Shown here: piece after piece, positions 18,457 to 28,305 of the stretch
Numbering within the stretch: position 1 is the first letter of the stretch
Layout: each line of letters begins with the position of its first letter
NCBI GenBank assembly: GCA_034530875.2
Contig: JAVRCJ020000027.1
Span: 32,001-96,000 of the forward strand
Origin: Nostoc sp. DedSLP01
GTDB taxonomy: Bacteria > Cyanobacteriota > Cyanobacteriia > Cyanobacteriales > Nostocaceae
Direction: 5' to 3'
DNA: 64,000 nucleotides
Position numbers and translations under genes: made by a program
The notes under the pieces: generated by a model
Seen by the model: only the letters and a program-made list of their open reading frames with translations
Told to the model about the DNA's origin: nothing
The model's database searches: none

Positions 18457-19647
18457 TCATTTCTCAATCTCCGCCGTAATTTGCAAATTAGTAAACTTAG
18501 CAGCCTTTTTACTCGATGCTGCATCCAAAGCCACATGCACCTCAATGACTCTGGCATCAATATTAGTACTAGGGTCAGTATTAACAATAGTTTGCCGTTT
18601 CACTTGAGAACCAATACGTTCAACTTTTCCCAGCAATTCGCCAGGAATCGAATCGCTAGTAACCCGCACCTTTTGCCCAACTTTCACATCGCTGATGTCA
18701 CTTTGATAAACCTCAGCAACCGCATACATCCGTTGAGTCTGCCCAATTTCCACAATCCCATCATTACCAACCACTTCCCCAGCACGGGTATGAATCTCTA
18801 GAATTTCACTATCAATCGGCGATCGCACTGATGCTCGATCCAGTTCCGCTTGCGCTTGTTTCATCGCTGCAATGGCGCGATCTACTTCTACTTGGTTCTG
18901 TTTCACATCCACCGGTCGCACTTCTGCAATCCGGTCTAGATTTGCTCTAGCTTGACTAAGTTGTGCTGGACTGGTAGATTGAATCCGCTTTAACACAGCT
19001 TTTGCCTCTTGCAAACTCTTCTGGGCAGTTTCTAAAGTTAATCGCCTGCTGTCTAGATCGGCTGCGGAGATAGCACCCACTTGATACAAAGACTGATAGC
19101 GGTTGTATTGCGTCTGTGCATTTGTCAATTCTGATGTTAACCGAGCCACCGTTGCCACTTGAGCATCAATATCTCCTTGCCTTTGTGCTTCTAAACGCTC
19201 AATTTCAGCACGTTGAGCGTTGATTTCTCCGGTTTTAGCTCCCGCTTTAGTAATTGCAAGTTTCGCTTGAGCAACTTTTACATCTTCCTGCGCTTGCTGA
19301 TATGCTGCTAAAAGGCGATCGCGATTATCTAAAATTGCAATCACTTGCCCTGCCTTGATGCGATCGCCTTCCTTAACTAACAATTTTTCGACTCGATTGC
19401 CGTTATTCGCTGTCGGAGCTGACAATTTAATCGTTTCTCCCTGAGGTTCCAATCGCCCCAGTGCTGTTACTGTAGTAATTTGCGGTGAACTAATTGCTGG
19501 GGTGGGATTTTGTACCTGTTGAGATGATGGCGATCGCGAAAGTACATAAGCAGAACTTCCACCGACAATAATCAACGCGCTAGCAGCAATTCCAAACCAT
19601 TGACGAGATTTAGCAGAGGTAGCACTACCTGATAAGTTTTGCAGCAT
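18457..19647 (-). CDS. DevB-family membrane fusion protein
   Basis: VTALGRLEPQGE, long coiled coil, VAEVYQSDI, DARVIEV, TNLQI. Confidence 0.93.
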   Translation of the reverse strand: MLQNLSGSATSAKSRQWFGIAASALIIVGGSSAYVLSRSPSSQQVQNPTPAISSPQITTVTALGRLEPQGETIKLSAPTANNGNRVEKLLVKEGDRIKAGQVIAILDNRDRLLAAYQQAQEDVKVAQAKLAITKAGAKTGEINAQRAEIERLEAQRQGDIDAQVATVARLTSELTNAQTQYNRYQSLYQVGAISAADLDSRRLTLETAQKSLQEAKAVLKRIQSTSPAQLSQARANLDRIAEVRPVDVKQNQVEVDRAIAAMKQAQAELDRASVRSPIDSEILEIHTRAGEVVGNDGIVEIGQTQRMYAVAEVYQSDISDVKVGQKVRVTSDSIPGELLGKVERIGSQVKRQTIVNTDPSTNIDARVIEVHVALDAASSKKAAKFTNLQITAEIEK

Positions 19648-19678
19648 AAGCAAGCTCCTTGTTACATCTGACAGCTAG

Positions 19679-19730
19679 ACAAAACAGTTTCGTTTCGTTT
19701 GTATAATTACCGTAAACGAAACTGTTTCGT
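19679..19730. promoter_or_regulatory. two palindromic operators, probable TetR sites
   Basis: ACAAAAC-A-GTTTCGT (19679-19693) and ACGAAAC-T-GTTTCGT (19716-19730) in the divergent devB/tetR gap. Confidence 0.8.
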
Positions 19731-19801
19731 CTTGTCAAGTGTATGCTGGAAATAAGGTGAATCAGGTAATGAGTTCGCTAGTTTGTTTGTAAAATTGAGT
19801 C

Positions 19802-20410
19802 ATGAGCAAATCTAAGAGTGTTGAGCGCGATCTATCTCCAGAAAAAACAGAAATGATTCTGGATGGGGCAATGCAAGAGTTTCTAGAAAACGGCTATGCG
19901 GCTGCCAGAATAGATAAAATTGCGGTAGCGGCAGGTGTTTCTAAGGCAACGATATACAGGCGTTATCCCGACAAGGAAAGCTTGTTCATAGCATTGATGC
20001 AGCAATTAGCTTGCAAAAAAGAGATTTTTAATTCAGAACAACTCCAATCTGCTCAGGGCGATCCAGCTTCTTTTTTGAGATCCTTTGCAAATAAGATGTT
20101 TGACAATGTTGCAGACGATCCGCAAGCTCTGACATTCTTGAGGATTATTATTGGTGAGTCAGGAAGGTTTCCAGGATTAGCACGAGCATTTGTGAAGAAC
20201 ATTGAAAAACCAATGCTGGAATCTCTGACGCAGTACCTAGCTTCTCACCCAGAACTTGAGCTTCCCGATGCGGAAGTTGCAGCGCGAGCCTTTGTTGGGA
20301 CACTCGTTCATTTCGTCATCCTGCGAGACATCATGCAAAGTGGCGATTTAGTACCGATGGAACGCGATCGCCTACTCGATAATTTAGTTAAATTAATTAT
20401 TCATAAGTGA
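19802..20410 (+). CDS. TetR/AcrR family regulator
   Basis: ILDGAMQEFLENGY..IAVAAGVSKATIY HTH; IIGESGRFPGLA. Confidence 0.93.
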   Translation: MSKSKSVERDLSPEKTEMILDGAMQEFLENGYAAARIDKIAVAAGVSKATIYRRYPDKESLFIALMQQLACKKEIFNSEQLQSAQGDPASFLRSFANKMFDNVADDPQALTFLRIIIGESGRFPGLARAFVKNIEKPMLESLTQYLASHPELELPDAEVAARAFVGTLVHFVILRDIMQSGDLVPMERDRLLDNLVKLIIHK

Positions 20411-20545
20411 GAATTCACGCATTATGTGAATTACACGCTAAAACCCTTGATTTATCGTTGTAGAGACGTTGCACCGCAACGTCTCTACAGGGCGCACAAT
20501 CCTTGATATTTCGTTCATTTCGATAATTCACATCAGACGTAATTC
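20411..20545. mobile_element. MITE-like element containing a GTAGAGACG palindrome
   Basis: ends GAATTCACGCATTATGTGAATTA / TAATTCACATCAGACGTAATTC; internal TGTAGAGACGTTGC-ACC-GCAACGTCTCTACA. Confidence 0.6.
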
Positions 20546-20637
20546 CTCCCAGGTGCATCTAAAAGTCGGGAAACCCACCCATGCAAGTGGCTCCCCAACC
20601 TACGATTCTGTGCGCCTTCAAAGAGAGCTGGTATTAG

Positions 20638-21519
20638 CTACCCAACTATTACCTCACTGTTACTATCTACATAATCCGTACTTACAGTCACCTTCTGCCA
20701 AGCATCCAAATCCGTTTTGACCCATTCCAGTTTTTCCTGAATCAGGCTCATGGCATCGGTGCCTAATGCCAGTCGCATCGGTGGATGGGGACTTTCCACA
20801 GCTTGAATGATGGCTTGCGCCGCTTTCGCTGGATTGCCAGGTTGTTTACCATCCATCTGTTTGAACCACTGCAATGAAGCACCGCTCACGGTCGCATAGG
20901 CATCAATGGATTGTTCGGTTGTTGCTAGAGAGCGTCCGTTAAAATCTGTGCGAAATGCCCCTGGTTCAATTAAAGTGACCTTAACTCCAAAGGATTCAAC
21001 CTCCTTAGCTAAGGCTTCAGATGTACCTTCCAGAGCAAATTTAGCGCCACAGTAGAGGCTGCTTCCACCAAATCCCGCTAATCCTGCTGTGGATGACATA
21101 TTGACAATGTGACCGCTGCCTTGCTGACGCATCACAGGCAAAACCGTTCGCATCAGACGGAGCGCCCCAAAGAAGTTGGTTTCAAAAAATCGGTGAATAT
21201 CAACATCACTGACTTCTTCGAGTGCGGCAATGAGTCCATGTCCAGCATTGTTGACCAGCACATCAATTCGACCAAATGTAGCGTTCGCTGTATCAACTGC
21301 TGCTTGTATGTCTTGGGATGATGTTACATCCAAACGTACAGCCTTTGCGGTTTCTGGATAGTGTTCAATCAAAGCGCGAAGTTGCTCTGGTTGGCGAGCA
21401 GTAGCTAGCAGGAAGTCGCCCTTCTTCAACACCGCTTCTGCTAGGGCCCGTCCGAACCCTGTTGAACATCCTGTAATCAACCAAACTTTAGGAGCGACGC
21501 GATTTTTATCTGAGTTCAT
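20638..21519 (-). CDS. SDR family oxidoreductase
   Basis: TGCSTGFG, NNAG, YCGAK; likely start at MNSDK (21519). Confidence 0.92.
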   Translation of the reverse strand: MNSDKNRVAPKVWLITGCSTGFGRALAEAVLKKGDFLLATARQPEQLRALIEHYPETAKAVRLDVTSSQDIQAAVDTANATFGRIDVLVNNAGHGLIAALEEVSDVDIHRFFETNFFGALRLMRTVLPVMRQQGSGHIVNMSSTAGLAGFGGSSLYCGAKFALEGTSEALAKEVESFGVKVTLIEPGAFRTDFNGRSLATTEQSIDAYATVSGASLQWFKQMDGKQPGNPAKAAQAIIQAVESPHPPMRLALGTDAMSLIQEKLEWVKTDLDAWQKVTVSTDYVDSNSEVIVG

Positions 21520-21628
21520 TTGTTTTCTCCAATACAAAATGATGAGATGCCAAGATCGGCGCAACTGCAATTGTGTAACTTACTTTCCACATTAAGTAGT
21601 CTGAATAAATATGTCCAATATAATTTTT

Positions 21629-21643
21629 GTCTTAGACTAAGAC
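21629..21643. promoter_or_regulatory. palindromic T-N11-A LysR box candidate
   Basis: GTCTTAG-A-CTAAGAC between divergent SDR and lysR. Confidence 0.5.
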
Positions 21644-21663
21644 TTAAAAGATATTAATTGACA

Positions 21664-22563
21664 ATGGAACTTCGACACTTGCGTTACTTCGTGACTGTAG
21701 CTGAGGAACTTCATTTTGGTCGCGCCGCGCAACGACTACAAATCGCTCAACCGCCACTCAGTCAACAAATCCGTCAACTCGAACAAGAACTCGGTGTCGA
21801 GTTGCTGTATCGGACAAAGCGAACAGTCCGACTTACTGAAGCTGGACTTGCCTTCTTAGAGCAGGCACGACAAATTCTAGTGCAATCTGAGCAAGCGATT
21901 GAGGTAGCCCAACGCGCTTTTCGAGGTGAAGTGGGTCGTTTAGCGATTGGATTTGTTGGATCTGCCACGTATAGCTTGCTGCCTGCTGCCGTGCGCTCGT
22001 TTCGCCATCAGTTTCCTGATGTCCGTTTGATGCTGCATGAAATGACCACGACCGAGCAAATTGAAGCACTGTATGACAATCGCATTCAGCTTGGCTTTAT
22101 TCGTCCGCCGATAAACGATGACGAACTCACCGTGGAAACGGTTTTAGAAGAATCGTTTGTCGCTGTATTGCCACAAGCACACCCGCTTGCGACTCAAACA
22201 CAACTGTCATTAGCATCACTCGCCCAGGATTCTTTCATTTTATCTCCACGTCATCTGGGAAGCGGCTTTTACGACCAAATTATCCGTTTGTGTCAACAAG
22301 CAGGATTTATTCCCCAAGTAACTCAGGAAGCAATTCAGATGCAAACTATTGTCAGCTTAGTAGCAGCGGAATTAGGAGTTGCGCTTGTCCCAGCCTCACT
22401 CCAGAATTTGCAACGAGTAGGGGTCGTCTACAAACCACTCGAAGACCAAACGCTCTATGTCAAGTTGGCAATTGTTTGGCGAGGTGCAAACACCTCGCCC
22501 GTACTACAGCAATTTCTAGCGCGAACCAGAGCCGTTACACAATATAGTGCAGCGTTTCATTAA
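21664..22563 (+). CDS. LysR family regulator
   Basis: MELRHLRYFVTVAEELHFGRAAQRLQIAQPPLSQQIRQLE. Confidence 0.95.
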   Translation: MELRHLRYFVTVAEELHFGRAAQRLQIAQPPLSQQIRQLEQELGVELLYRTKRTVRLTEAGLAFLEQARQILVQSEQAIEVAQRAFRGEVGRLAIGFVGSATYSLLPAAVRSFRHQFPDVRLMLHEMTTTEQIEALYDNRIQLGFIRPPINDDELTVETVLEESFVAVLPQAHPLATQTQLSLASLAQDSFILSPRHLGSGFYDQIIRLCQQAGFIPQVTQEAIQMQTIVSLVAAELGVALVPASLQNLQRVGVVYKPLEDQTLYVKLAIVWRGANTSPVLQQFLARTRAVTQYSAAFH

Positions 22564-22620
22564 GCAATGCTGTTGAGGCTTATCGAAACGCTTGTACTCC
22601 CCGAACTCATAAATGCGCCC

Positions 22621-25008
22621 CTAAGATACTATTCCCGAGTTCTGAATTCTTTCAACTTGCTTTGGAGCTTTTATTTCAGTAAATAACTGAATTGCTTGAT
22701 GAAAATTACTTTGACTCTTATCAGATTTTGCCATTTTTTGATAAGTTAAACCAAATTGAAAATAAGCTTCAGCTAAGTCACATTTAGCACCGATTTTTTC
22801 CAAAAGTTCGATTGCCTCTGTATGATTAGCAAAAGCTAATTCAAAATTTTCTTGGTATCTATGGATTTCTGCTAAACCATTGAGTGTTTTAGCTTTAACT
22901 TGCATATAGTGGCTTTCTTCTGCAAAAGTTAAAGCTTGGCTGAACATCTGATTTGCTTTATCAAATTCTCCTAAATTGACGTAGGTTTGACCCAAAATTT
23001 GGATAAAATAAGCAAATCTACCAGTTTGTTCTATTAGTTTTGGGTTGGTAATATTTTGATAAGCTACATCTGCCAATTGATAAGAAGCATCGCGTAAACC
23101 TAAATAAGAATATACTAAAGCTAAACACACCGAGGCTTTTTCTGCCCAACTGTGATGCTTAGTATTTTGGGCTAGGTAAATTACTTGTTGAAATAACTTT
23201 GCGGCTGCTTCTAGTTCCCACAAATCTATTTGATAAAGACCAATACTTAATAAAGAATCTACCTCAAGCATCCTCAGATAATAAACTGTATGCTTATTTT
23301 CTGGTTGAGGTACAAGTGATTTGAGTGCTTGGGTTGCTAAATTAATAGTTTTTTCTTGACAGGCGATCGCTTGACTAATTTTACCTGTTATCCAATAGAA
23401 ATCGCCCAATATATTGTAAAGTTCGCTGAGATTTTGATGATTATCCAGATTATTAACAACTCGATTAATTGCCGTAAGTATCGGTTGAATTAAACCCATC
23501 CGATACAATGTACTTCCAAGAGGTAAAAACTGCTGCCATTGATTATTTCGGCTTTTGAGAATAACTTGACCTGCTAATTCTAATTCCTGAATTTCGATAT
23601 AGTGATAATATGCTTCTAAAGCTTGCAAAGCATCTTTAAAAGTTTCAATTTTTTTAACACTATCTGTCCAAAATTCAGCGGCTTTGTGGTTGGCAATTTC
23701 CCATTCCTCACTGGGTCGTAAACGAGCGATCGCTTCTGCCCGAATCACTGGATGCAGGCAATATTTACCTTGATCGCACTCTATCAAAGACCGATTTCTT
23801 AAGGAAGTAATAATTTGGCGATGTTGTTCGGATGGAACATCCCACAGCAAACAAAATAAACCTTGAGATGGGATACTTGGTATATCTTGATAGCGATAAC
23901 AACCCAAACGGCAAAGCAAGCGATAGGCTTGGGGGTCGAGATTTTGTAAGCGATTAATTTGACTAACTGCTAAATTTTTTAAATCGGTTGCTGCTAGAGG
24001 ATCGGCCTGATTTTCTTGCCAATAAACAGCCATATCGCCATCAAAATCTTCTTGAATGGAACCACAGAGAATTCCCATTGCTTTAGCATTACCGTTATAT
24101 GTGCGATGCATAATTTCTAAAGTTGGCGAATCTATGGCTAATCCTCGGTTGCTAAAAAACTGTTGCCATGCACTTTTATCCAAACCAGGAAGCCGATAAT
24201 GATTCACATTTAGCCCAGGTTCGCAAAGGCGATCGCGGCTAGTAATTAGAGTCACAGATTGCACCCTAGCATCAGCTAAAATCCGTAATAGCTCTACATA
24301 GTTGCGGTGAGAAGCAATCAACCCACCTTTTCCATCTAATGCAGGTTCGAGATTGTCAATTAACACCCCAATGCGCCGATTGTGGAGTTGGCGCTTGAGT
24401 CGTGCCAAAGTTACCCCAAATTCTACCCCAGGTTCTTCATTAAAATCTTGTTTGAGCCATTCCTCTACAACTCGTTCGGCGGGAGTGATATTTTGCGTTT
24501 CCTTGGCCATCAGCAGTTCCAAAACCAACTCAAAATTCTGAGTTTGGAGATATTGCTGCGCCAGAGTAGTTTTGCCCAAACCGCCTTCACCTTGGATAAC
24601 AATGACTTTCGAGCCTTGATTTACCAAAGTATTCAAGTGAGCGATCGCTTCTGTTCGTCCAATAAAATTGCTATCCTCTAATTTTGGGGCGGCGTGTGGC
24701 GTTCTGGAGTAATCAATCAGACTGGATATCGTATTACTTTTTCTCAGAACCCGTTCCAAAGTAGCGCGACAATTACTTTTAGTAATCTTCTGGCGCAGTA
24801 CCTTAGAAAGTAACTTCCACAACTGAGAACCAGCATCCTTAGCATGTCCTTCCGTACAACCGTAAGAACGAGCAATATCCAAGTATTTCCTACCCAACCA
24901 AACTTGCCCAAGAATGACTTTTTGCAAATCGCTCAACCGTTCCCCGGTTTGAGCAGGAACTATGGTGTCTAACCATGCTAATGCTGCTTGGGCGTCCATT
25001 TGTAACAA
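22621..25008 (-). CDS. N-terminal HTH + NB-ARC/STAND ATPase + TPR protein
   Basis: LSDLQKVIL..GRKYLDIARSYGCTEGHAKDAGSQLWKLLS HTH-like; Walker A GEGGLGKT; Walker B LIDNLE; LITSR; C-terminal TPRs. Confidence 0.88.
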   Translation of the reverse strand: MLQMDAQAALAWLDTIVPAQTGERLSDLQKVILGQVWLGRKYLDIARSYGCTEGHAKDAGSQLWKLLSKVLRQKITKSNCRATLERVLRKSNTISSLIDYSRTPHAAPKLEDSNFIGRTEAIAHLNTLVNQGSKVIVIQGEGGLGKTTLAQQYLQTQNFELVLELLMAKETQNITPAERVVEEWLKQDFNEEPGVEFGVTLARLKRQLHNRRIGVLIDNLEPALDGKGGLIASHRNYVELLRILADARVQSVTLITSRDRLCEPGLNVNHYRLPGLDKSAWQQFFSNRGLAIDSPTLEIMHRTYNGNAKAMGILCGSIQEDFDGDMAVYWQENQADPLAATDLKNLAVSQINRLQNLDPQAYRLLCRLGCYRYQDIPSIPSQGLFCLLWDVPSEQHRQIITSLRNRSLIECDQGKYCLHPVIRAEAIARLRPSEEWEIANHKAAEFWTDSVKKIETFKDALQALEAYYHYIEIQELELAGQVILKSRNNQWQQFLPLGSTLYRMGLIQPILTAINRVVNNLDNHQNLSELYNILGDFYWITGKISQAIACQEKTINLATQALKSLVPQPENKHTVYYLRMLEVDSLLSIGLYQIDLWELEAAAKLFQQVIYLAQNTKHHSWAEKASVCLALVYSYLGLRDASYQLADVAYQNITNPKLIEQTGRFAYFIQILGQTYVNLGEFDKANQMFSQALTFAEESHYMQVKAKTLNGLAEIHRYQENFELAFANHTEAIELLEKIGAKCDLAEAYFQFGLTYQKMAKSDKSQSNFHQAIQLFTEIKAPKQVERIQNSGIVS

Positions 25009-25090
25009 CTAGGATAGTTCAGACTTTATTGACAACTATAAATCACTCTACAGTTATGCTTGTCAAATTTTCGGATAAGATTTTGTAAAT

Positions 25091-25117
25091 CCGACTTTTT
25101 TCCCGACTTTTCCGGCC
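25091..25117. promoter_or_regulatory. CCRACT direct-repeat array, partial copy
   Basis: CCGACT 25091, CCGACT 25103, CCGGCC 25112. Confidence 0.6.
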
Positions 25118-25198
25118 TTGGCTCAAAAACGAAACTGTAAAAGCCTTGTGTTCTAATAAAATAAGACTTATTAGGTCATTCCAGCACCATCATTACTT

Positions 25199-25882
25199 AT
25201 GGTGAAATCCGACCCCCGCCAATCTTTGCCTAGCAGTGCTGAACTTCCTTGTTCAGACGACACGCCTGTGGATAACGAAGACCAGAATTTTATTCCCAAT
25301 CTACTTTTGTTCTTGCTGCAATATATTTGGGCAGACCGTAATGATTGGTTTTTTAGTGTTGATATGGGTGTTTACCATACCACAGGTGTCAGCCCACTTG
25401 TGCCAATTGTTCCAGACGGATTTTTGAGCTTGGGTGTAGAACGGCGCAAAGCAGGTAAATCGCGTAAAAGTTATGTTCTTTGGGAAGAAAACGAAATTCC
25501 ACCCATTCTTGCTTTAGAAATTGTCTCCTTAACTCCGGGTGGAGAATATGACAAGAAATTAGATATTTATGCCAAATTAGGGGTACTGTACTACATTATT
25601 TATAATCCAGAGTATTGGCAAAGAGACCGTCACCAACCTTTTGAAGTTTATCGCTTAGTAGATGGTAGCTATCAATTGCAAATTGGCGAACCTTTTTGGA
25701 TGCCAGAAATTGGTTTAGGAATTGGTAGAGGGCAATACATATCTGGTAATATCCCGCGTCAGGTTTTGTATTGGTATGACCGACAAGGGAAGCGCTATCA
25801 AACTCCAGAAGAACAGTTAGAATTAGCACAGAAACAACTTGAGCGTTATCGTCAGCAATTTGGGGATTTACCAGAAGGTTGA
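25199..25882 (+). CDS. Uma2 (DUF820) family endonuclease-like protein
   Basis: ELPCSDDTPVDNEDQN, VPDGFL, LALEIVS, YAKLGVLYYIIYNP. Confidence 0.92.
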   Translation: MVKSDPRQSLPSSAELPCSDDTPVDNEDQNFIPNLLLFLLQYIWADRNDWFFSVDMGVYHTTGVSPLVPIVPDGFLSLGVERRKAGKSRKSYVLWEENEIPPILALEIVSLTPGGEYDKKLDIYAKLGVLYYIIYNPEYWQRDRHQPFEVYRLVDGSYQLQIGEPFWMPEIGLGIGRGQYISGNIPRQVLYWYDRQGKRYQTPEEQLELAQKQLERYRQQFGDLPEG

Positions 25883-26173
25883 TTGAAAATGCTGTACGTG
25901 GAAGAAATTTTTTGTCTGGGGAATAAAAAGTATCAAATACTCATTGGTGAGAGTGGAATTAGGTACTGGGCAAGCCTAGCCTATGAACAAATTATCACAA
26001 GAAAAAAGAAAGGCAAACCCAGGAAGTTATTAGAGTGGTCATGTATTGTAGAACTGAAGCAGGGTTCTGAGCTATTCGATACTCTTGTCCCAGATGGAGG
26101 GCTTTGGGCACCGTTGATAACCTATTTAAAAGAAATTGCTCGACAACATTCAGAAGACAATCTTCCAAGTTAA
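25883..26173 (+). CDS. hypothetical protein
   Basis: 96-aa ORF abutting Uma2; no recognised motif. Confidence 0.4.
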   Translation: MKMLYVEEIFCLGNKKYQILIGESGIRYWASLAYEQIITRKKKGKPRKLLEWSCIVELKQGSELFDTLVPDGGLWAPLITYLKEIARQHSEDNLPS

Positions 26174-26213
26174 AAGAAGTAATTCATCAACTTGAATAAG
26201 ATTGCTACATAGT

Positions 26214-26294
26214 ACTACTTTTTCCTTGACGCTTCCAACTCCATCACATAAAACTGCCGACTTCAGCCGACTGACAAAAGCAAGTGCGATCGCT
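26214..26294. repeat. about 80-bp direct repeat, copy A (degenerate promoter duplicate)
   Basis: aligns without gaps to 27128-27208 (offset 914). Confidence 0.85.
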
Positions 26295-26348
26295 TTGTTT
26301 TGTACGGTGTGTTATGCTGCTCTGTTACACACCCTACCAGATTGGAAC

Positions 26349-26762
26349 TTATTCAGTTACATCACAAACTAACCTTTTAAATAAAGACAGAGAAATAATA
26401 GTTGTGTTTAACAAAGTTTGTGCTTCATTAAAATCAGCATCACCCGTAATAAAAAAATCTGCTTCTGCTGCAATAGCACAAGCTAAAAACTTTGCATCTT
26501 TCCTATCTCTGGGAAAATCAACCTCCACATCCACATCAATTAATGTTGTTACTGAATCAATTAAATAAATCCATCTTTCGTATTGTGCCTCAGTTAACTT
26601 TAAACGAGGGCGCTTTAAAACTTCTTTATATTCTGCTATAATTTCAGCCGATACAATCCACTCAAAAGCAGAATTAGCAATTACAAATAAAATTACTGCC
26701 TCTGGATTTTTATCAGCTATAGCAGCAGATACTACAATATTAGTATCAATAATAACTTTCAT
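26349..26762 (-). CDS. PIN-domain toxin of a putative TA pair
   Basis: MKVIIDTNIVVSA, RDRKDAKFLACA, FFITGDADF. Confidence 0.9.
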   Translation of the reverse strand: MKVIIDTNIVVSAAIADKNPEAVILFVIANSAFEWIVSAEIIAEYKEVLKRPRLKLTEAQYERWIYLIDSVTTLIDVDVEVDFPRDRKDAKFLACAIAAEADFFITGDADFNEAQTLLNTTIISLSLFKRLVCDVTE

Positions 26763-26998
26763 TCTCCCAGCCTATAAGCTTCAATTTCTGCTGCTATTTC
26801 TTCATCAGTCAAGGGATTATCTGCGTGTATCGCTTGTATTTCTTTAAATAACTTTTTTACTTCTTCTGCTAAAGTAACCTTTTGATTATCCTCAGTTAAA
26901 ATAATCACCTTAACTCTCTGTCCTGCTTCAAATGGTAAATTAGATAATACTAGCTGCTTGGGATCTGCAATAGTGATATATGTTTTATAAGAGTTCAT
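26759..26998 (-). CDS. putative antitoxin
   Basis: 79 aa, LVLSNLPFEAGQRVKVII, acidic LTDEEIAAEIEAYR tail; 4-nt overlap with the PIN gene. Confidence 0.8.
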   Translation of the reverse strand: MNSYKTYITIADPKQLVLSNLPFEAGQRVKVIILTEDNQKVTLAEEVKKLFKEIQAIHADNPLTDEEIAAEIEAYRLGE

Positions 26999-27127
26999 AA
27001 TTTATGCTGTTACTCAAATTTTATCTACCATTGTTCTAACAATTTCGCCACATTCTGTGCAATTCTCTCTTCTTACTTTGGAAACTCATCCTATAAGGCT
27101 AAGATTTTAAACCCAAATTTTCCATAA

Positions 27128-27208
27128 CCAACTTTTTCCCCGACTTTTCCAACTTAATTATATAAAATTGCCGACTTCAGCCGACTGACAAAACAAAGTG
27201 CGATCGCT
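27128..27208. promoter_or_regulatory. CCRACT x5 array / direct repeat copy B upstream of the ferritin-like gene
   Basis: CCRACT at 27128, 27140, 27149, 27171, 27181. Confidence 0.75.
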
Positions 27209-27250
27209 TAGGCTATTGGGCAAAGAGATAAAAAGCAAAGTATAAAAATT

Positions 27251-28189
27251 ATGCTTAACGCCCTCAGCCCAGTTGCAGAAGACTCAGCACCTCAAAGTTA
27301 TCCCAGTCCTGACTATTTCCAAACACAGCAGTGCATTCGTTCTCTTGTAGACAGATATGTTGCAGCCGAAAAACTACACGAACGTTTGCAAGATTTACCG
27401 ATACAGTTTCAAAATCCCCAACCGCGTCCTTGGAAACTCATCGACTGGCAAACAATAAATCGCAATCAAATTATCGGCATAGAACCAGAAGTATTCTTAT
27501 CGATATTGATAGGTGCAATGGATACAGAAGCACCAATTCGCGGCTACACCCAAACCAGTCGCCAATATTTGGAAAAATTGCATCCTCAGATGGCGCGGTT
27601 TGTTGGTGGAACAGTCGGCGAAGACAACAACCTCACAGAACTTGGTTTGTGGGAAAAAGAAGAACGCCAGCATACCCCTGCATTAATTAAGGTTTACACC
27701 CAACTAACAGGCGAGAAAATTACCGCAAAACATCGCACAGTTCGAGGCTATCTCCCCACAGATGACCCTCACGAGGATTTATATCGCCACGGCTTACACC
27801 GCATTGCTACAGAATACGGTGCAACCTGCCTTTACCTTTGGCTAATGGCTCATACCACAGGCGCACTCTACGACGTACTCGAAGAACTAGCACAAGACGA
27901 AATCAACCACATGACCAAATTCTGGGGCTTTGGAGTCTGGGCTTTTCCCGATACAGGGTTAATCAGAATTGGACGCACCCTCATAAAAACGCGGTCGCAA
28001 AACTATCAGCGCAACAACCTCATACGCACCCTCCGCCGGATGATGGCTACCCTCAACTGGAACGCCTGGTCATTAGCCAACAAAACCACCCTCCTTTTCA
28101 CCTTCACCCACACAATGCATCGCTTGTGGACTTGGAACAACACCCTCACACCAAAATACCTACAAACTTTATTTGAAACTCCTCAATAA
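27251..28189 (+). CDS. ferritin-like diiron protein
   Basis: two E...ExxH sets: DTEAP..WEKEERQH and ATEYGA..QDEINH. Confidence 0.8.
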   Translation: MLNALSPVAEDSAPQSYPSPDYFQTQQCIRSLVDRYVAAEKLHERLQDLPIQFQNPQPRPWKLIDWQTINRNQIIGIEPEVFLSILIGAMDTEAPIRGYTQTSRQYLEKLHPQMARFVGGTVGEDNNLTELGLWEKEERQHTPALIKVYTQLTGEKITAKHRTVRGYLPTDDPHEDLYRHGLHRIATEYGATCLYLWLMAHTTGALYDVLEELAQDEINHMTKFWGFGVWAFPDTGLIRIGRTLIKTRSQNYQRNNLIRTLRRMMATLNWNAWSLANKTTLLFTFTHTMHRLWTWNNTLTPKYLQTLFETPQ

Positions 28190-28305
28190 ACCAATCGTTC
28201 AGACGCGATGAATCGCGTCTCTACATGAAACCACCTCTTCTTCTCTCTCTGCGTCTTTGCGTCTCTGCGTGAACTTTTTATCATTTCCCTCAACCCCAAA
28301 AACCC

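Noticed and set aside
16364..19647. Calling the exporter the heterocyst devBCA operon itself
   Set aside because: Nostocales have many paralogs and this one is TetR-linked; orthology cannot be established by eye
28199..28226. GTAGAGACGCG-type palindromes (also near 31775, 47248, 58788) as specific terminators or sRNAs
   Set aside because: Members of an abundant REP-like family in Nostocales; no locus-specific evidence
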